Assembly (NCBI GenBank): GCA_043228905.1
Contig: JBHGNT010000021.1
Coordinates: forward strand, 2,976,001-3,040,000
Origin: Azolla caroliniana
Lineage: Eukaryota; Plantae; Polypodiophyta
Direction of reading: 5' to 3'
Length of the DNA stretch: 64,000 bases
Positions 1 through 14,629 of this stretch are shown one piece after another. The translations under genes and the position numbers were made by a program. Every line of letters begins with the position of its first letter. Positions within the stretch are counted from its first letter, which is position 1. Under the pieces are notes generated by a model that saw only the letters and a list, made by a program, of their open reading frames with translations, did not search any database and was not told the origin of the DNA.

Positions 1-960
1 TTCATTATTGTGACAGATCCTATTCTTGTTAAATTACACACAATATGGGCTCCGGAAGAAAAATCGATTGGATTGAGGTTGTTGTCAAGCGAAGCCATGT
101 ATTTATTGTTCAAGCTCTCGCAAATGGCCCATATCATGTTTTCGGCACCTATTTGAGATAATAGTATTAAGGCAAGAGACATGTGGGAAATGTTTTCAAA
201 TGCTCCAGGCCTGAGAATTAGCATGCATATGAAATCGCCATTGTTTCATTTTATAGAACAATATGCATTAGGGTTGGGGTAGTCATGAATGATAGAAGAT
301 CGTGGTGTAGTTTGCCATTGCCTGTCTTGGATATCCAATTGGCGGAGATGTTTCTCATGCGAAAACTTATTGAGTGGATATCTAAAAAACTGGAGGATAA
401 GTTTATGTATTCGAGGTCTTAATTCTAGCCTTTTCATGTACAACTTAAGGTTGTCCAATCAATTATGGTTTCTATGGTATTTTATTATCTTCCTCTGCTA
501 CCATGGTCGAAGAAAGCTCTTGAAATGGTGTCACGCCCAAGGTGGATGTTATTGTGGAAGACAAAAGGGAAAAGTTCCATGTCGTAGTTGGCATGGGATC
601 ATGTTTTTGTACTCCAAAGCGTCTTGGTAGGGCATCAATATGGAATTTATATGACGATATGTGGCTCCTCGATTTACTTTCATTCGATTTATGTTTGAGG
701 GTATAAAAGGTTACAAATATATGGGGGTTTATAAACCCGTTACCTAGTGGTTTCATGTGATCAAGGCACATTGTTGTTCTCACTTGATCTTATGAGCTAA
801 GTATTCATTTGGAGAGTTATAGTTGGAGCTTTACCATTAGGGGAAGCATTAAACAAAAGAAAATTGCTAGAGTCATATGTATTTAGATCCATAGAAGAGT
901 TCTACACTTTGTGTAAGTTAGTCATGGTGGCGTTTTTTCTTTTGTAATGAAAGCCATTAC
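1..960 (+). mobile_element. Decayed dispersed repeat, probably the 3' region of a LINE; related copy at ~14840-15715
   Basis: 720-870 and 880-960 align by eye to 15028-15175 and 15630-15712 (gttggagctttaccatt, gtaagttagtcatggtgg); Trp/Cys-rich broken frames resemble LINE ORF2 C-termini; A-rich end near 970. Family assignment is inference. Confidence 0.45.
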
Positions 961-2852
961 TTACTAGGAAAAAAAGAGATCTATGAAGACATTTTTGTCT
1001 ACCCAACCAAAAGTGTTCAAACAATCTATCACTTAGAACTAATCAGTGTGCCCCCCAACCAATCAACCGCTCCTCATGTGAACTTCTATCACAAGAAGAA
1101 GGCCTCCACATCTCGCGCAATCAATCACTTGCATTGACCATGTCGATTGAATTGGTCATGCAAGTAGTCAACCATACAACTCTTTTCCCATCCTCCCTTC
1201 CTAATGGTGATGGAGGTAGGTTACTTCCGATGACGAAGGAAAAATAAATAGGATGGAGCATTAGTAAGATTGAGCAACATTGTATAAGCATTTAAATAGC
1301 AACTTGGGTGTGCATGTCGTGGAATGCTTCTTGTTCTCTTCTATATTTTACTAGGTGAAGTCCGAGCTATTTCTTTTCCCATTGAGCACACGGGTTTCAA
1401 TGCGGATGGTTGGGTACATATTATCAAAAGGACAACAAACTCCTTCCCGTGCTTCACGTAAGCACTCCATTGTCATGTCATATTCTAATTTCCCTAGCTA
1501 TTGTTTAATAACAAGACAAACATTCAATGCTTGTAGAAAGGCCATAAATTCACGCAAATAATACTAAATCATACGATCAATACTTTGGTGTAGAGTAGAA
1601 CCACTCCATCTTATAAAATATGCCTCTGTCCTAGGTGGCATGAAACTCCAATTGTTTGAGCCAACAGTTAGAATTTTGAAAAGATGCTCATTACCAAAAG
1701 GTACATCTTTTATGTATTGCCTTAGGGCGTTTCTTAATACTAATGTAGTGTATGTCTTTGGGAAATAAATAAATAAATAATAATAACATATGATCAAGTA
1801 CATTTAGGCTAGCACAAGGGTAAGATTTTTAATGTGACAATCAATGTCATGATGGAACAATATGGAGCTATTTTAAATATTTTATGGCATCATGATTTGA
1901 TTTACCAACATTGTGGCATTTTATGATTCAAGGTATTAGATTCATATGGGAGTGACATAAACTTTCCATCTGGTAGCTAGTTTCTTGGCTGATGTTATGC
2001 CTCACTATTTGCCTTGACCAAACAAAGCAATTCTTCAACAATGGAATCCTACCACTCTTAACACATAGGCAAGCCAATCGGTGTAAATGCTCTTTAACAC
2101 TCGTTAATTTATTAGGTCAAGATCATGCAAGGTAGAATTTCGTAATGACAATCTTGAACCGTGAGACCAAGGTTATGATGGAAAATGCATATTTTGTTTT
2201 CACAATGTTAGGATGGCACAATACCCCATTACGTTGACACTTGTAATGTCTAGTCAACCAATATATGTGTGGTCAATTGAGATGTGCTTGTGCGGAAGCA
2301 AGTGTGGATCTTGTTGTGGAACTGGCAAGATGTAAAATAAGCGTGAGACAATGTGTGTACTGTTCTACTAGAAGATATGCAGAGAGAGAGAGAGAGAGAG
2401 AGAGAGTTACACACTAGTTAGGCAAAAAAGAGGAACTGTATTATTCATTCATCCATCATCATGTATAAAGAGCAATTCCTCCTAGTTATACAAGAGGGAA
2501 CTAAGCCATAACTACAGGGAGTGTTCACACTAAAGTACAATGGTCGAAGTAGAACTTTTAGTCCAACACATTCTTGGTCGGTGACATAGTTTTTTGCAAT
2601 CTATTGATGGTGTAGGGTTAATTTGGTGAGCCATGGGACACCAAATGGAGAGAATATTTTTCTTTGGCTCTATATCCATTTAGATTCACAATTTATGTAA
2701 AAAGATAAGGCTTGTGGATTTTGATTGTAAAGTCAATAACTTTTGATATAAACATTAATACTCAATGATGTATATATCAAGTGAATTCTCTCTTTATACC
2801 ATTGTCTTATGTTTCAATGTTAAGTTAATTTTTGTTCATAATGGATTTATTG

Positions 2853-3400
2853 TGTTGTTCCTGTCGACCGACACAATGGGCCAAACGTCTTACTTCCAAG
2901 ATCGTTCTATCAAGATGATTGTGGTTGGAGATATGGTATTTGTCGAAAGTGGTTACTTACTCAACACTTATGCAAACACCATAACTTACTCTCACAGAAC
3001 CTAATACCATACTTAGAACATAAGATCCAGATCGACTGTTACTTAAACACAATATGTGTAGCAGAGAATAGATTCGAACATTCGACACAATAAATAGATA
3101 AAAGAATAAACAACAATGGACACAGTAGATACTCTAACTACCAAAAATTATATTAAAACCAAAACAGACCGATCATGATACAATGTTCTCGGCCCCTTTT
3201 TATAGGCGACTTGAGAAACTTCTCCAAGATATTACACTTGCATGTTCGGCAAGAACTTACAATTTATACTAACCGTCCTATTTTCTAAATTACTCTATTT
3301 TTCTACTTGGCAAAATTACAATTCAAATTTTGTCTTTTTATATTTGTCCAACTTCGACTCCTTGTCAATCTTTATCCTTTGGGTAGCCGACCGGCTAACA
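2853..3400 (-). mobile_element. Solo LTR (548 bp) with 5-bp target-site duplication
   Basis: Termini TGTTG...TAACA; identical TATTG immediately left (2848-2852) and right (3401-3405); TATA-like CTATAAAA on the minus strand near 3200. Confidence 0.75.
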
Positions 3401-5673
3401 TATTGTGGAAGTTATGTTTGATTATTTGTGAGATGCATGGATTGTTTAGGCCAATGCATGATAAACATTGAAAATACGTTTGATTAAGGCATCAATAACG
3501 ATTCAGGGATTGCATTGTGCAACCAACCTTGGATAAGGTTGATTCTGAACTCCAATTGAAAATTTCAAACTTGCTGTCGTATTCATTTACATGCACAAAA
3601 TCATGATTAAGGCATTTCAATATTTGAATATAGCATCAAGCCCTTGCATCCTAAAATGTTTTGTCCTTGGCACATCGAACTAGGTCAACCAAATCAACAT
3701 GATTATATAAACACTTTGCAAAGTCATGTCATCATGACAAATAAGTTATCAATAAGAGTAGTAAACAAATTTGCAATTGCAAAAATAGTTCACAAGTCAA
3801 TAGACGAAAGATATAACCAAGATTATTAAGCGACAACAGTGTGTGATTGATATATGTATAGGTGCAAGAAGTTGTATACAACGCACATTGGAAGTGAAAT
3901 GCCAAATTGGGCCAGGCTAGTTTGAACTCTATAAGTCTAATAATAAATATGAGAAGCTTGGGGCTTGGAGGGAATATGTCATTTGAGAGATTGTGAATTA
4001 GAGAGAGAACTCTTGTACATTGGATCACCCTACTGTTGTGAATGTTGAAGCTCCCATTTTCTGGTGTTTTGCATGGACTATTTGTTACCTTCCATCTTTT
4101 GAGTGTTATTGTTTATCTACAACAATCTTATGCAATGTGTGGTATTTTTCCTATGATGCTCATTTAGGGGCTTGAGTGATTAGGTCAAACATTGGGCTTT
4201 TCCAACTTTAACGCAAGGCCCACCATTCTTGGTAACCACAATGGATAGGTAGTAAAGGTGATGTTTTTTATGTGACACTAAACATATCTTAAGTACCTAT
4301 AAGACCTTATGTGTCTCTTTTGTGACATTTGCATGTATCCCACTATATAAATCCACATGTAATGGTGTAGAAAAGCACTTACCCTCACTGTAAGAGAACC
4401 TTTTGTCCAAGAAAGTGTAAAAAACTCTTAGGACAAACACCTTTTTCTTAGAGTACAAAAGTCCCTTTTGCGACTTTTATGAAGAGGTCTCTTTTAACTT
4501 TCTCTAAATTCAATCATTGATTAAGTGATTGATAAAAATTAGTTTTCTAACACCCATTTGACATTCCAATATTGTTTAACTAATTAATGAGCAAAGACAT
4601 TCCAATATTGTTTAACTAATTAAGGATTGCTTAGTGAGTTTTGTAGGCTAGCATTTTCTTATTTATTTAATCTTTTTAGGAGTTATGAGTTGATTTACTC
4701 GGCCTAACAAGAATAGGAAAGCTTTGGAGAGTGAGTTAAAGCAACTTAAACAAGGTACAATCTTTCTTTCGTGTATCATGAATGGACATAACCTAGTGTC
4801 ATGTTATGTTTTGTAATTGGTACCTCAAACACATTATTTTGCAAAAATTTATGTGAGAACCCTTTCATGCACTAATCTCGTGTCCAATCCTAATAGAAGT
4901 CAACCTATTACCATCCTATAAAACTAATATAAAACTTTCTAACCCACATGTAATGAGTTATATTTCATTTCTTCCTTGTTCTAGCACACAATCTCCCTAA
5001 GGATGGGGGGTTTTGGGTCACTAACCATTGCCAATCTTAATAGATGTGACCAAAAACCATAGCCTTTGGTATTGAGAATAGTTGAACATGTTGCTAACCC
5101 AACATTACTAGGGGACAAACACAACTTTAACCACACCAACCTATTGCTTATTTGTGGGTAGCATCCAACTATATTGTATATTCTACGTGCACATCAATCA
5201 ATTAAGTAGGCAAGCTCTATAACAATTGAAACACTCCCAAAACAATATTAATACTAAATTAAGGCTTGTGCCTAGCTTTCAGACATTTATCTTCAACGGG
5301 TTTCACGTAGTTACTAGGTTTGTAAATCAAGGCGAGATCAAATCAATCTCTACATAGCTAGTGGAAGACAAATTATGCCACAATTGAATGTTTTCATCCA
5401 AACACTACACACGTGAAACCATTTATTCCATCTCACAAAGCAAGCACATTAGGATTCTGCAATCCAAAATTATAGCGAATCTTCTATTTTTTGACACATC
5501 ATTCTCTTCCTTAAAATTACCTAATAGTGAGACCATCATTCATAATACGATAAAAGATCCTCTTGTGGAAAAGAAATTACCATAATTTTTAACAACAAAA
5601 GCATTACTCATATGTTGAATCATACATTGAGATTACAAAGCAAGGGATGGATTGGCTTCAAAACCATGTCTCT

Positions 5674-8139
5674 TTACAAGAACTTTTCAATGGTAGAAAC
5701 TAATGTAGTCTTGGGAACTGCACCGATAATAGTATCCTTCTTCTCACCGCCCTTGAATACCATGACTGTCGGGATACTTCGGATCCCGTATTCTGTTGCG
5801 GTGTTAGGACTTTCATCAGTATTAAGTTTCACACATCGAACTCTACCATTGTATTCCTTTGCGAGTTCATCCATGATAGGTGCGATCATGCGACATGGTC
5901 CACACCATGGTGCCCAAAAATCCACTAGCACAGGGACATCACACTGCAACACAACCTCTTTCCATGTCTTGTCGGTGACTTCTCCAGCTAAACGCAAGAA
6001 AACAATAATGAGTTTTAGATATATCAATCAGACATAGGCTTGAATCTCGATCTTCTGTTTCTAGCAATAGCTTACAGTAATGGTGGGAAACCTCGGTTTT
6101 ATGCCAAAACTCACAAAATGAAGTTATGTACAAAACGCCATGTGGACAATATAGTGCTCAAAACCACTCAAAGAGAATCTGAAAATTGTCAAGTGGAATG
6201 TCATGTAGCCTTGGACAATTAAACATGGATTGTCGTTAAGTATCCACTTAGAGAGCGTGAACTCATCATGATTGAGTCGATTCAAGATTATGTATATAGT
6301 TACAATATAGTCTACACTCCCTAAACTCTCACCCAATCAAGCAATTCATTGTTCTACGAAATAGCCTGATAACTAAAACCAAATAATCCAAAGAAAATCA
6401 CAAATTGACATCCATTACAATGAATGCCTACTATTGAAAGAGCACGAACTTATTAGACTGGGTCAAAGATGACATGAGTTATGTTTTTCTTCAGCAAGAT
6501 ATTGTTTGAAGTTGAGAAAGCCAAATTACCAGAAACATTCTTCCTAAATGGAATCTTTATTGGGCTGAGAATTCTGAATGATAAAACTCAGATGGAGCAA
6601 TCTAGAATGACAGTAGTCAAGTCCCACGATAGTTCAGAATCCTCAAAATGTCACCCAATCAGTGTATTGTACAGAATGGCTTGCAGAATAAAGACAAACA
6701 CAAACAGACTATTTATTGATGATGGTAGGGCAACTGAGACATCATCACATGGAACTATCCAGATTCTAGAATATCAAAATAGTCCAAAATATTGTTGGTG
6801 CTACAAAGTTAAAAGTGAGCAATAAAGCCAGATAAGAAAGCACTATTTTGCAAATGGAATATTGATCACATGGATAAAAAATCAGATGGGACGCTCTAAC
6901 ATGACATAATCATTTATCCAAGTCGGCACATAATCTCGACAATGTCAACCCTCATGTATTACAAAACCAGAAATTACCCCATACAGAATGCCATCCCATG
7001 ATGATAGGCATGCCAAAATGTTAAAAAAGCAAGATATAAAAATCACACGATTACAATTGTCAAATGCAATTATCTAGCATAGTCCATTCCACGATGGCAG
7101 ATATCAGCTGGAACAATCTAAAATGTTTCCATCCCATGACTTTGGATATCACATGGAACAATTGAGAATGTTTTGCTGCATGTGGGTAGGTGTCAGAAGT
7201 GATTCAAATAAATCTTGAATGGTTGCATTCTGATGTAGTAGGGTATTTATCACATGAAACAACATAGAATGGTTCCCGCCCCACATCATATAGAGAAATC
7301 TAGAATGGCAACATCCCACATATCACATAGAACACTGTAGAATGTTCTACTCCCATGTGGTAGGGTATCCATGACATGAAACAATCTACAATGGTTTCAT
7401 ATGCATGTCACATGAAACAATCTAAGGTAGACGATTCCATTCCATATATGACACAGAACAATCTAACATGGTTTCATCTCTCAAGTGATATGAAACAATC
7501 TAGAATGGTTACAACCACATGTAATATGAAACAATCTAAAATAGTTCCACCCATTCCACTTTTGGAACAATCTAGACCAGATTGGTTTCATCCTGTACAT
7601 CAGATAAAACAATGTAGAAAGGTTGCATACCCATGTCATATTGAGCAACCTAGAATTAACCAGTTTTATCCAATATGTCATATAGAAAGACGTAGATGGT
7701 TCCATCTCCATGTCATATAGAACAGTTTAGATAGGCTCCATCCCATATGTCATATAGAAGAATCTAGAACGTTATCATTACCCTGTTCAAATGGCAAAAT
7801 CTAGAATATAACAATTGCCCATGTAAAACAAATCTTCTTCTTGAATGAAAAGGCACTATCAAAATATAGCCCTTCCAAAAAACATCAAACACCTAGAAGG
7901 AGATGAGAGAGAGAGAAATGGAAGCTACCTGTCGATAAGGTTCCCGGAGGGGATTGTTCGCATACAACCCCTCGAGACGAGCAGGCGCGGCGAAAGTGTG
8001 ATGGGCGGACATGGAGAGTTTTGGGTGGGAAGGAGACTCTGAATCCTCCTGAGCATTTGGGCAGAGACAGGCGGGATCCATATGCGCTTGTTAATGGATC
8101 GCGTGCAGGGATTGCAGCAGCTTCTAGAATCATGGCCAT
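5674..8139 (-). CDS. TRXM: Plastid thioredoxin, m-type, 174 aa; exons 8139-7929 and 5987-5674
   Basis: Exon 2 encodes [18 protein letters not shown]...YGIRSIPTV...GAVPKTTL (WCGPC active site, m-type C-terminus). Exon 1 ([14 protein letters not shown]...) is Ser/Arg-rich like a transit peptide. Phase-1 GT-AG intron 7928-5988; 211+314=525 nt in frame. Confidence 0.93.
7090..7810. repeat. Degenerate ~40-bp minisatellite inside the TRX intron
   Basis: More than a dozen variants of catgaaacaatctagaatggtt(t/c)catccc (e.g. near 7252, 7375, 7410, 7488, 7525, 7562, 7716, 7752). Confidence 0.85.
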
Positions 8140-8239
8140 GGAAGAGCAAATAACACAGGAGAAATCTTCTCTCCCTTCTCTTCTGCACACGCTAAAACAA
8201 ATGTGTGAAGAAAATTGGACAGATAAAGCAAAGACCCCC

Positions 8240-8287
8240 TTCTCTCTGTCTCTCTCTCAGACTCTGTTTCTCTCTCTCTCTCTCTAA

Positions 8288-8323
<36 letters not shown>

Positions 8324-8325
8324 AC
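8240..8325. repeat. (CT)n microsatellite upstream of TRX
   Basis: Direct dinucleotide run. Confidence 0.9.
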
Positions 8326-10599
8326 AGTCTCTGTGTGTGCTTATGGATATGGTTCTGATCCAAGGTCCACATGTCTCCACCTTCATTCTTTCTTTTCTTT
8401 TTTTACTTTAAAAATAAAATAAAGAACAATTCCATATTTACCAAAATAGCCCATAACTTTCACATAATTCCCAAACATACCCCCCACCCCATTTATGTTA
8501 TGTGCATTGTGCCCCCCCATATGTACATACTATCTATCTTCCTCTTCATTTCTCTCTATTTTCCTCACATTCCAAAGCTTTCACTCGCTCGCTCGCGCGT
8601 GCACTCAGGGTTCAAATCTCGTTTTTATCCACTACTTTACTAGATGCCACTCCTATGGAGTCTCAAGGTCCTTCTTTCTCAACCCTTTCTCAAGTGAATT
8701 GGGCATGTAAATACACCCATCTGACTATTTTGATTTGTCTAGTGATCCCTCGTGTGTGATCAAGATTGTGTATTATGTCACATTCGAAATAGAGATCAAG
8801 AAAATTATATTTTTATGTCATCCATGTGGTTTTTAAAAACCCCATGGTATCCTAAACCTCAACATGATGGTTTTAAATGAGCTATGCACAATGGTTCAAG
8901 TTGCGTTTTTCAAACCTCAACCCAATGTTTACAGTTACCTATGCACATAGTGCAAGTTGTTATAGTTTTTGTCTCATAGGTCGTATTGACCTCCAAAGAC
9001 AATAATAAAATCAATCAATCTCTCTATTGTCCTACATCTAGAAGGATTCTCAATGTATCCTTGAACCATAGCATCAAAGATGATATGTTTGATGGATACA
9101 TAGTGCCCCCCCATTAACTAAATTAGACTTGCATTCCTGGTTCCATAAATTTTTTGATGGACACTAGATCTTTCATTATGGTGAGAACACACAAAACCTT
9201 CTTTTATATCGAATTGAACATCTCTAGTGTGTTTGATTAAATATGTGGTGTTGTTTCCCATCTCCATGGATACGAGATGCTCAAGTGTTCATATATAATG
9301 GAACCATTCGCAATGACTTTTGTGATTGGAATGTAGGTGAATGCAGATCACTATTATTTACAAAACATTAGCGACGGGTAATTTCACAAATGTTAGAGAA
9401 GGATTAATGTGATCGGATAGAGGAAATGATAGGTGTATGCAATGCCATGATCTTGACAATCAATGGATGGAGAGTCTTTTAAAAGGGCATGCCTATTCAA
9501 GTGGCCTAGGAATATGTATAAATATGAGCTCTAACTACCCTCATTGGCACACTTCCTAAGGCTGAAGTTATGAGACACTAATGGTGTAGACTAGGCTTTT
9601 GTCACAAGGATCATGTTACTTCTTCCAAGGTACTAGTCATCCTAATATCCCTCGATATGGGGCATCACTGGGAGGTTGGCAATATCTCAATCATAAGTCA
9701 AGGCCCAAGGGCGTTTGGGAGGATTGGGTTTCTCTATCCAATCTATTTTCCTTTTTTATCTTCAATTGGGTCTATGTTTAGTAAGACACTCTTAACAACT
9801 AGCCCCACTTGTGCTAACAACATAGATTTTTGGCCTTGTGCTTTATTACAAATATGCCATCATAGTGGTCAATCACACTCCACAATGTTGTGAACATTAA
9901 CCACATAATGTCATATCATAATTGTTAAAACATTGAGCATTTTATGTATTTGAATACTCTTAAAGTCTTTAACACATGCTAGATTTGAGAACTACCAAAA
10001 GATTTCACATATTTTAGGTTTTTCTAAGTATTCTACGTATTTAAAGTTTCCAAAAAAATTTAAAATTTGACCACAAAATTCAAACAATTGGTAGATACAA
10101 TAAAATATGAAAAATATTTAATGTATTCTACATGTATTGTATGCATTTTACGTACTTTACCTTTAGAATATGTATTCTAAATATTTAAAAAAAAGGTAGA
10201 ATACTTTTAGAATACATAGCATATTTATTGCATGTGTATTGTTTGCTAAGTATTCTACAACTATGGATCATATGCACATCTCTTTTAGAGTCCTCTCCAA
10301 AGTGAGAAGATGTAGCAAAACCACCACAATAACAACAATAACAAACAATTGCCTAGATGACAACAACAACAACAAAAGCAACACTAAAATGAGAAATGAC
10401 ACCAACAACAAACTACCTTCATCACCCCCACCCCCACCACCCCATCAACACCACTAGGTCACTCGTCACCACCGACTCCATCACAAAAGAGTAACCCCAT
10501 CACATCTCAAACAACTGGTGCAACAATGATCCAGATCGCAAAAACATTGTCCAACAAATAAATCAACATTCCTAACCATGACATCCAAACCAGTGCCCG

Positions 10600-11650
10600 C
10601 ATCTTCATGCTTCTTGGGCTTCTGTTGATGGAGCACACCTTTAATCTCGACAAATGGTCCCATAAACACAAATAATCTTTGTTTTGACCTCAATGAAGAC
10701 CCCACCTAACAATAATTTTTTAGACTCGGGACATGGGATACCATGTTGTTCAAGATTTCCATATAGCAATACGCTACAAGATTGGCCTCTCCTTTCATTT
10801 ACTTTGATTACGCACAATTTACAAAGCTTATTATCAATTCTACACATGTGTGGTTTTGAAATGACCTCATGGAGTTTTTCGACAGTGCCATGCAGAGATA
10901 ACCATTTTCTCAATGGTTATCAACATTCAACATTCAACACCACAAATCCACAAATGAGCCCCACCGCTCCCTCCAAAAACCTCAAACCGTCCTCCAACAC
11001 CAACATTTACCCTATCTACTTCTACCTTACTACTATTAAAGCCAAGATTTAGGCTTGTTCCCACTTTACGCTAAACCTTAATTCTTAATCTTTCTCTTCC
11101 CATCTTGTTTATATCAAATCACCATTCAAACAAGGATTTTAAGCTCCACCTATTTTAAAATTCAAATAGATGCAACTCATTTGATCCAATAAGGCTTACA
11201 CATTTAAATAAGACAATATTCTTAGAAATAATTGGTATGTTCACGCTGATACCTTCCTATATAGAATTACAAGAATTAATCATTATCTGGCCCATACATT
11301 TTTTATTGTGTCACTAACATTTCAAGACATTATCATACCTACTTGCACTCATCCTTAACCAATATTCCCAATAATGATCGTTGAAACCTCCCTGTATTTA
11401 AATTTATTGTTTAGTTATGGCTCATCATCATTTGATTTCTTTACTAATTCAAACATAATACATCATCATTTACAAACTTTGTTCAAGGAACATTGCATCA
11501 TCTTTAACAAGCTTTGATTGTTGATAATAGATATGCATCTTTTTAAAACAAGACAATCCAACTCATATAACATCTTGTTTTTTAGCTAGCTTATGGATTC
11601 CCTCTTTATTCATTGTGACATTGAGAATGTTGAATCAAGTTAACTTTACA
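10600..11650 (+). mobile_element. Highly decayed LINE-like remnant; part of the duplicated unit (homolog at ~19460-20040)
   Basis: 11060-11640 aligns with 19470-20030 (catttaaataa, tatagaatt, tttaacaagctttg, caatccaactca). LINE identity is inferred from broken RT-like frames. Confidence 0.45.
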
Positions 11651-12288
11651 AAATTGAGAATGTTCACAAATTGTTTGGAAACACATTTTTACAAGTGGTT
11701 GCACTTAAATCTGTTAATTCTTTATAGTTTTAGTTTTAGTTTTACTGAAAGTGTGTTTACAGTTTTTGGGTTATGCTGTGACAGTTTTGCTTTTGTGAAA
11801 AGTGTTTTCTGCAGTTAAGTTTGCTAATTCTTCATGATATCATTTTCATAGTAAGTGTTTGCACTTAAATTTGTTCATTCTTCATGATTTGGTGGTTTTA
11901 ACTTGAATCCAACCAATATTATATTAATGTCATATTAAAATTCTTTCGTCAAAAACAAACCAAGTTTTTAAATCATGTGAACATGATTTTAACGTCAATG
12001 AAAATAGAAGCCAATGTCAGATATGCCATATTAGATATTCAATGTTGTTCTTCAGTGTCCCTGTCAAATTATTTTGTTGATCAGAGTGAGATTAGACTTG
12101 GAAAGTTTCATCTTATAATGCCAAACTTAAGAGAACGACCCCATACTAGAGAACCAATGTCAACGATTTAAATTAAATAAGAAGAATAATAATAATCAAG
12201 CGTATATGTATAGATGTATATGTAAGTCTAGAATTGAATCTATTAACATGGCTATTATTTTTTAGCAAGAAGTAAAAACCTTTTTCTT

Positions 12289-14548
12289 TCAACGCCCATG
12301 GTTTCCCTTGACATCAAGTAGAGCACACATCGCATTGAATACCTAACAACAAATTTTAATCAGAAGGAAAAAGAATAAAAAAGTTGCTTATTTAGGTTTA
12401 ATTCTATGCTTGAAAAACATTATGTTAGATTTATGTGTCAAAGCAAGTATTGTATGTGGCATATCTTTTACTAGGCAACCACATATCACCCAGCTTGTGG
12501 GTAGATGACAGTTTGGATAGCTATATGTCTGGTCTTTTATATCGCCATGATACCCTAGGTGTATGTTTGACACTACAACTACCCAAAATATGCAACACTA
12601 CATAGTAAAACAATATTATACATACAACCTATATGCAGACATTATGGCATCCAGCATGTAAGAATTAAAAAGAAAACATACAGTTAACACGGCTGTATTT
12701 CAATTCCACCGCGTCAAAATACGCAAGTATATCCGTCCATTCTCATCAAATATTTGGGTGGAGATCTTCCTTAATGGTGCCCACAATCTAGTCCACATCA
12801 AGTCTGGAGGCAACAGGAAGACTGTGTTCCACATATTGTATGGGCATTTCAAGTACATGGTCACGTCTTTCAGTCTAACAAATATACCAGCCATTTTTGA
12901 GCAAATGATAAGCAGCATATTTCAGAAATTCATAGATCAGTTCATGGTGTACCTGACCTACACAATGTATTGATCTTCTCCCAGATTCAGGAGGATCACA
13001 CAACAAACATGTCCATTCATGCTCCCCCTTAGAGGATCACCATAACCAAACTGAAGGCATTGACAATCCACGAGCGGGTTGCTCCAACACACGTAAAGGA
13101 TGTTCAATCATTCTTCAGCTATGCAAACTTCTATCAACATTTCAACTGGAACTACTCAACAATCATAATGCCTTTGATTAATGATTGCAATTTCCAAGGG
13201 AATTCCAAAACCCACTTCCTATTTGAGATTTTCAAGAAAGCTTTCATATCCACCCAGATCACCCTCTATCTTGATTCAATGCCACCCTTAATATAATCCT
13301 ACCCGACCAGATTACAGAGGTATTCTGAACCCTGTTGAGTTCTAATCCCAGATATTTACTCTGAGGAGATCAATAATTCATTGTATGGTAAAGAGTTAAC
13401 TACCATCACCACCTGATAATTAAGTCGTCAGTGCTTGCTCATCTAGCTTCCTAATGTATCAATGACCTCAATGGAATATCCACACTACGTTTATGAAAGA
13501 AGAAGAAGAGAGAACTTGCAACAATCCATAGGAACAGGACTCAGGTATCAACAGATCTTCTTTCATATTTATATAAATGAAATACAATCAAACAAAAGGG
13601 AATCACTCATCAATCAATATGCTTACCTATGTTGCAATCCACAATTACTCTGTGCCTGCCTATTCCTTCATGCATTTATTGTTCAACAAATTAAACATTA
13701 CTAAAATTAAAATTTAAAACATTAAAACAATAGGAGCTGAAATTTTAGTTGTCCATGCACCTGAATTTAGAGAGGAAGAAAAGACTGATCTTTTGGGAGA
13801 CCCTGATGTTGATAAGTGAGTTGATTTAGTGCTTGTATAATCCCAATGAACACTCATACTTGTATGGTTAAAATGCTTGTCTAAGACTTGTACAGCTCAT
13901 CTCACTCATACTTGTTTGCTGCAATTATTCTCACTCGCATGGGTCCAAATGCATGCTTATGACTCAAAGTGATTCTGGTCATTGTAAGCCTTTGATTTAA
14001 CTAACCAGAAAATTAAGAGTTGAATGGTAAATAAATAGATATAACCAGAAACAAACAAAAAACACAAGTCAAATGACCTAAACAATACACAACAATACTA
14101 ATCACATGTAGATAATATAATAGAAACAAACTGGATAATTACATAAATAACTCTCGATCAGTTAATCGAACGAACAAAGCAAAATGTAGCTCATCGAAAT
14201 GTAACACGTAAAAGATGAAAATAAAAATAAAAATACCTGGGGAGGCGCATTAGGGTAATTTACAGAAAAGCCTAGAGTTTGTTAGGTAACAAAAAAAACA
14301 CGCCCAACACTTATTTTTTTCACTGTAGAGACGACCACAGAAGAAATTAAAACTGAAAACTCATTTCTGAACAACCAAGCAGAGGACAAATGAACACCAA
14401 ATCATCATGATGTTCCTGACTGTGCCAAGCCCATCATCTCTCTCTCGATCGATCGATCGATGCCTTCGGCGACGGCTTCGTAGATTCTGACTGTGCGATT
14501 CTATCGACGATTCTGTCTCTGGGATCTCCGCACATCTCTGCGTTGACA

Positions 14549-14560
<12 letters not shown>
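12289..14560 (-). pseudogene. UBC-derived pseudogene, copy A (UEV-like)
   Basis: Exon-2 end NYPNAPPQ|GT at 14237; exon-3 remnant ~12761-12682 HPNI(frameshift)DENGRIYLRILTRWN* with catalytic Cys replaced by Tyr; short exon 4 12342-12289 VFNAMCALLDVKGNHGR*. Intron 3 and 3' UTR align to the intact gene at 34900-35500. Confidence 0.85.
12770..13420 (+). mobile_element. Ty3/gypsy RT-RNase H remnant inside UBC copy A
   Basis: KTVFHILYGHFKYMVTSFSLTNIPAIF (cf. KTAF.T.YGHFEY.VMPFGLTNAPA.F), VKDVQSFFSYANFY, and YGKEL (cf. RNase H YDKELLA) near 13385. Confidence 0.85.
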
Positions 14561-14606
<46 letters not shown>

Positions 14607-14629
14607 TCCCTGATCCCTAAACCCTAATT

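Noticed and set aside
7090-7810. Repeat-spacer-like array resembling CRISPR
   Set aside because: Repeats are degenerate, linkers resemble each other, no cas genes, and it lies in a eukaryotic intron; it is a minisatellite.
14608-14627. Interstitial telomere or telomerase RNA template (CCCTAAACCCTAA)
   Set aside because: Under two repeat units next to a gene 5' end; fits an ordinary telo-box.
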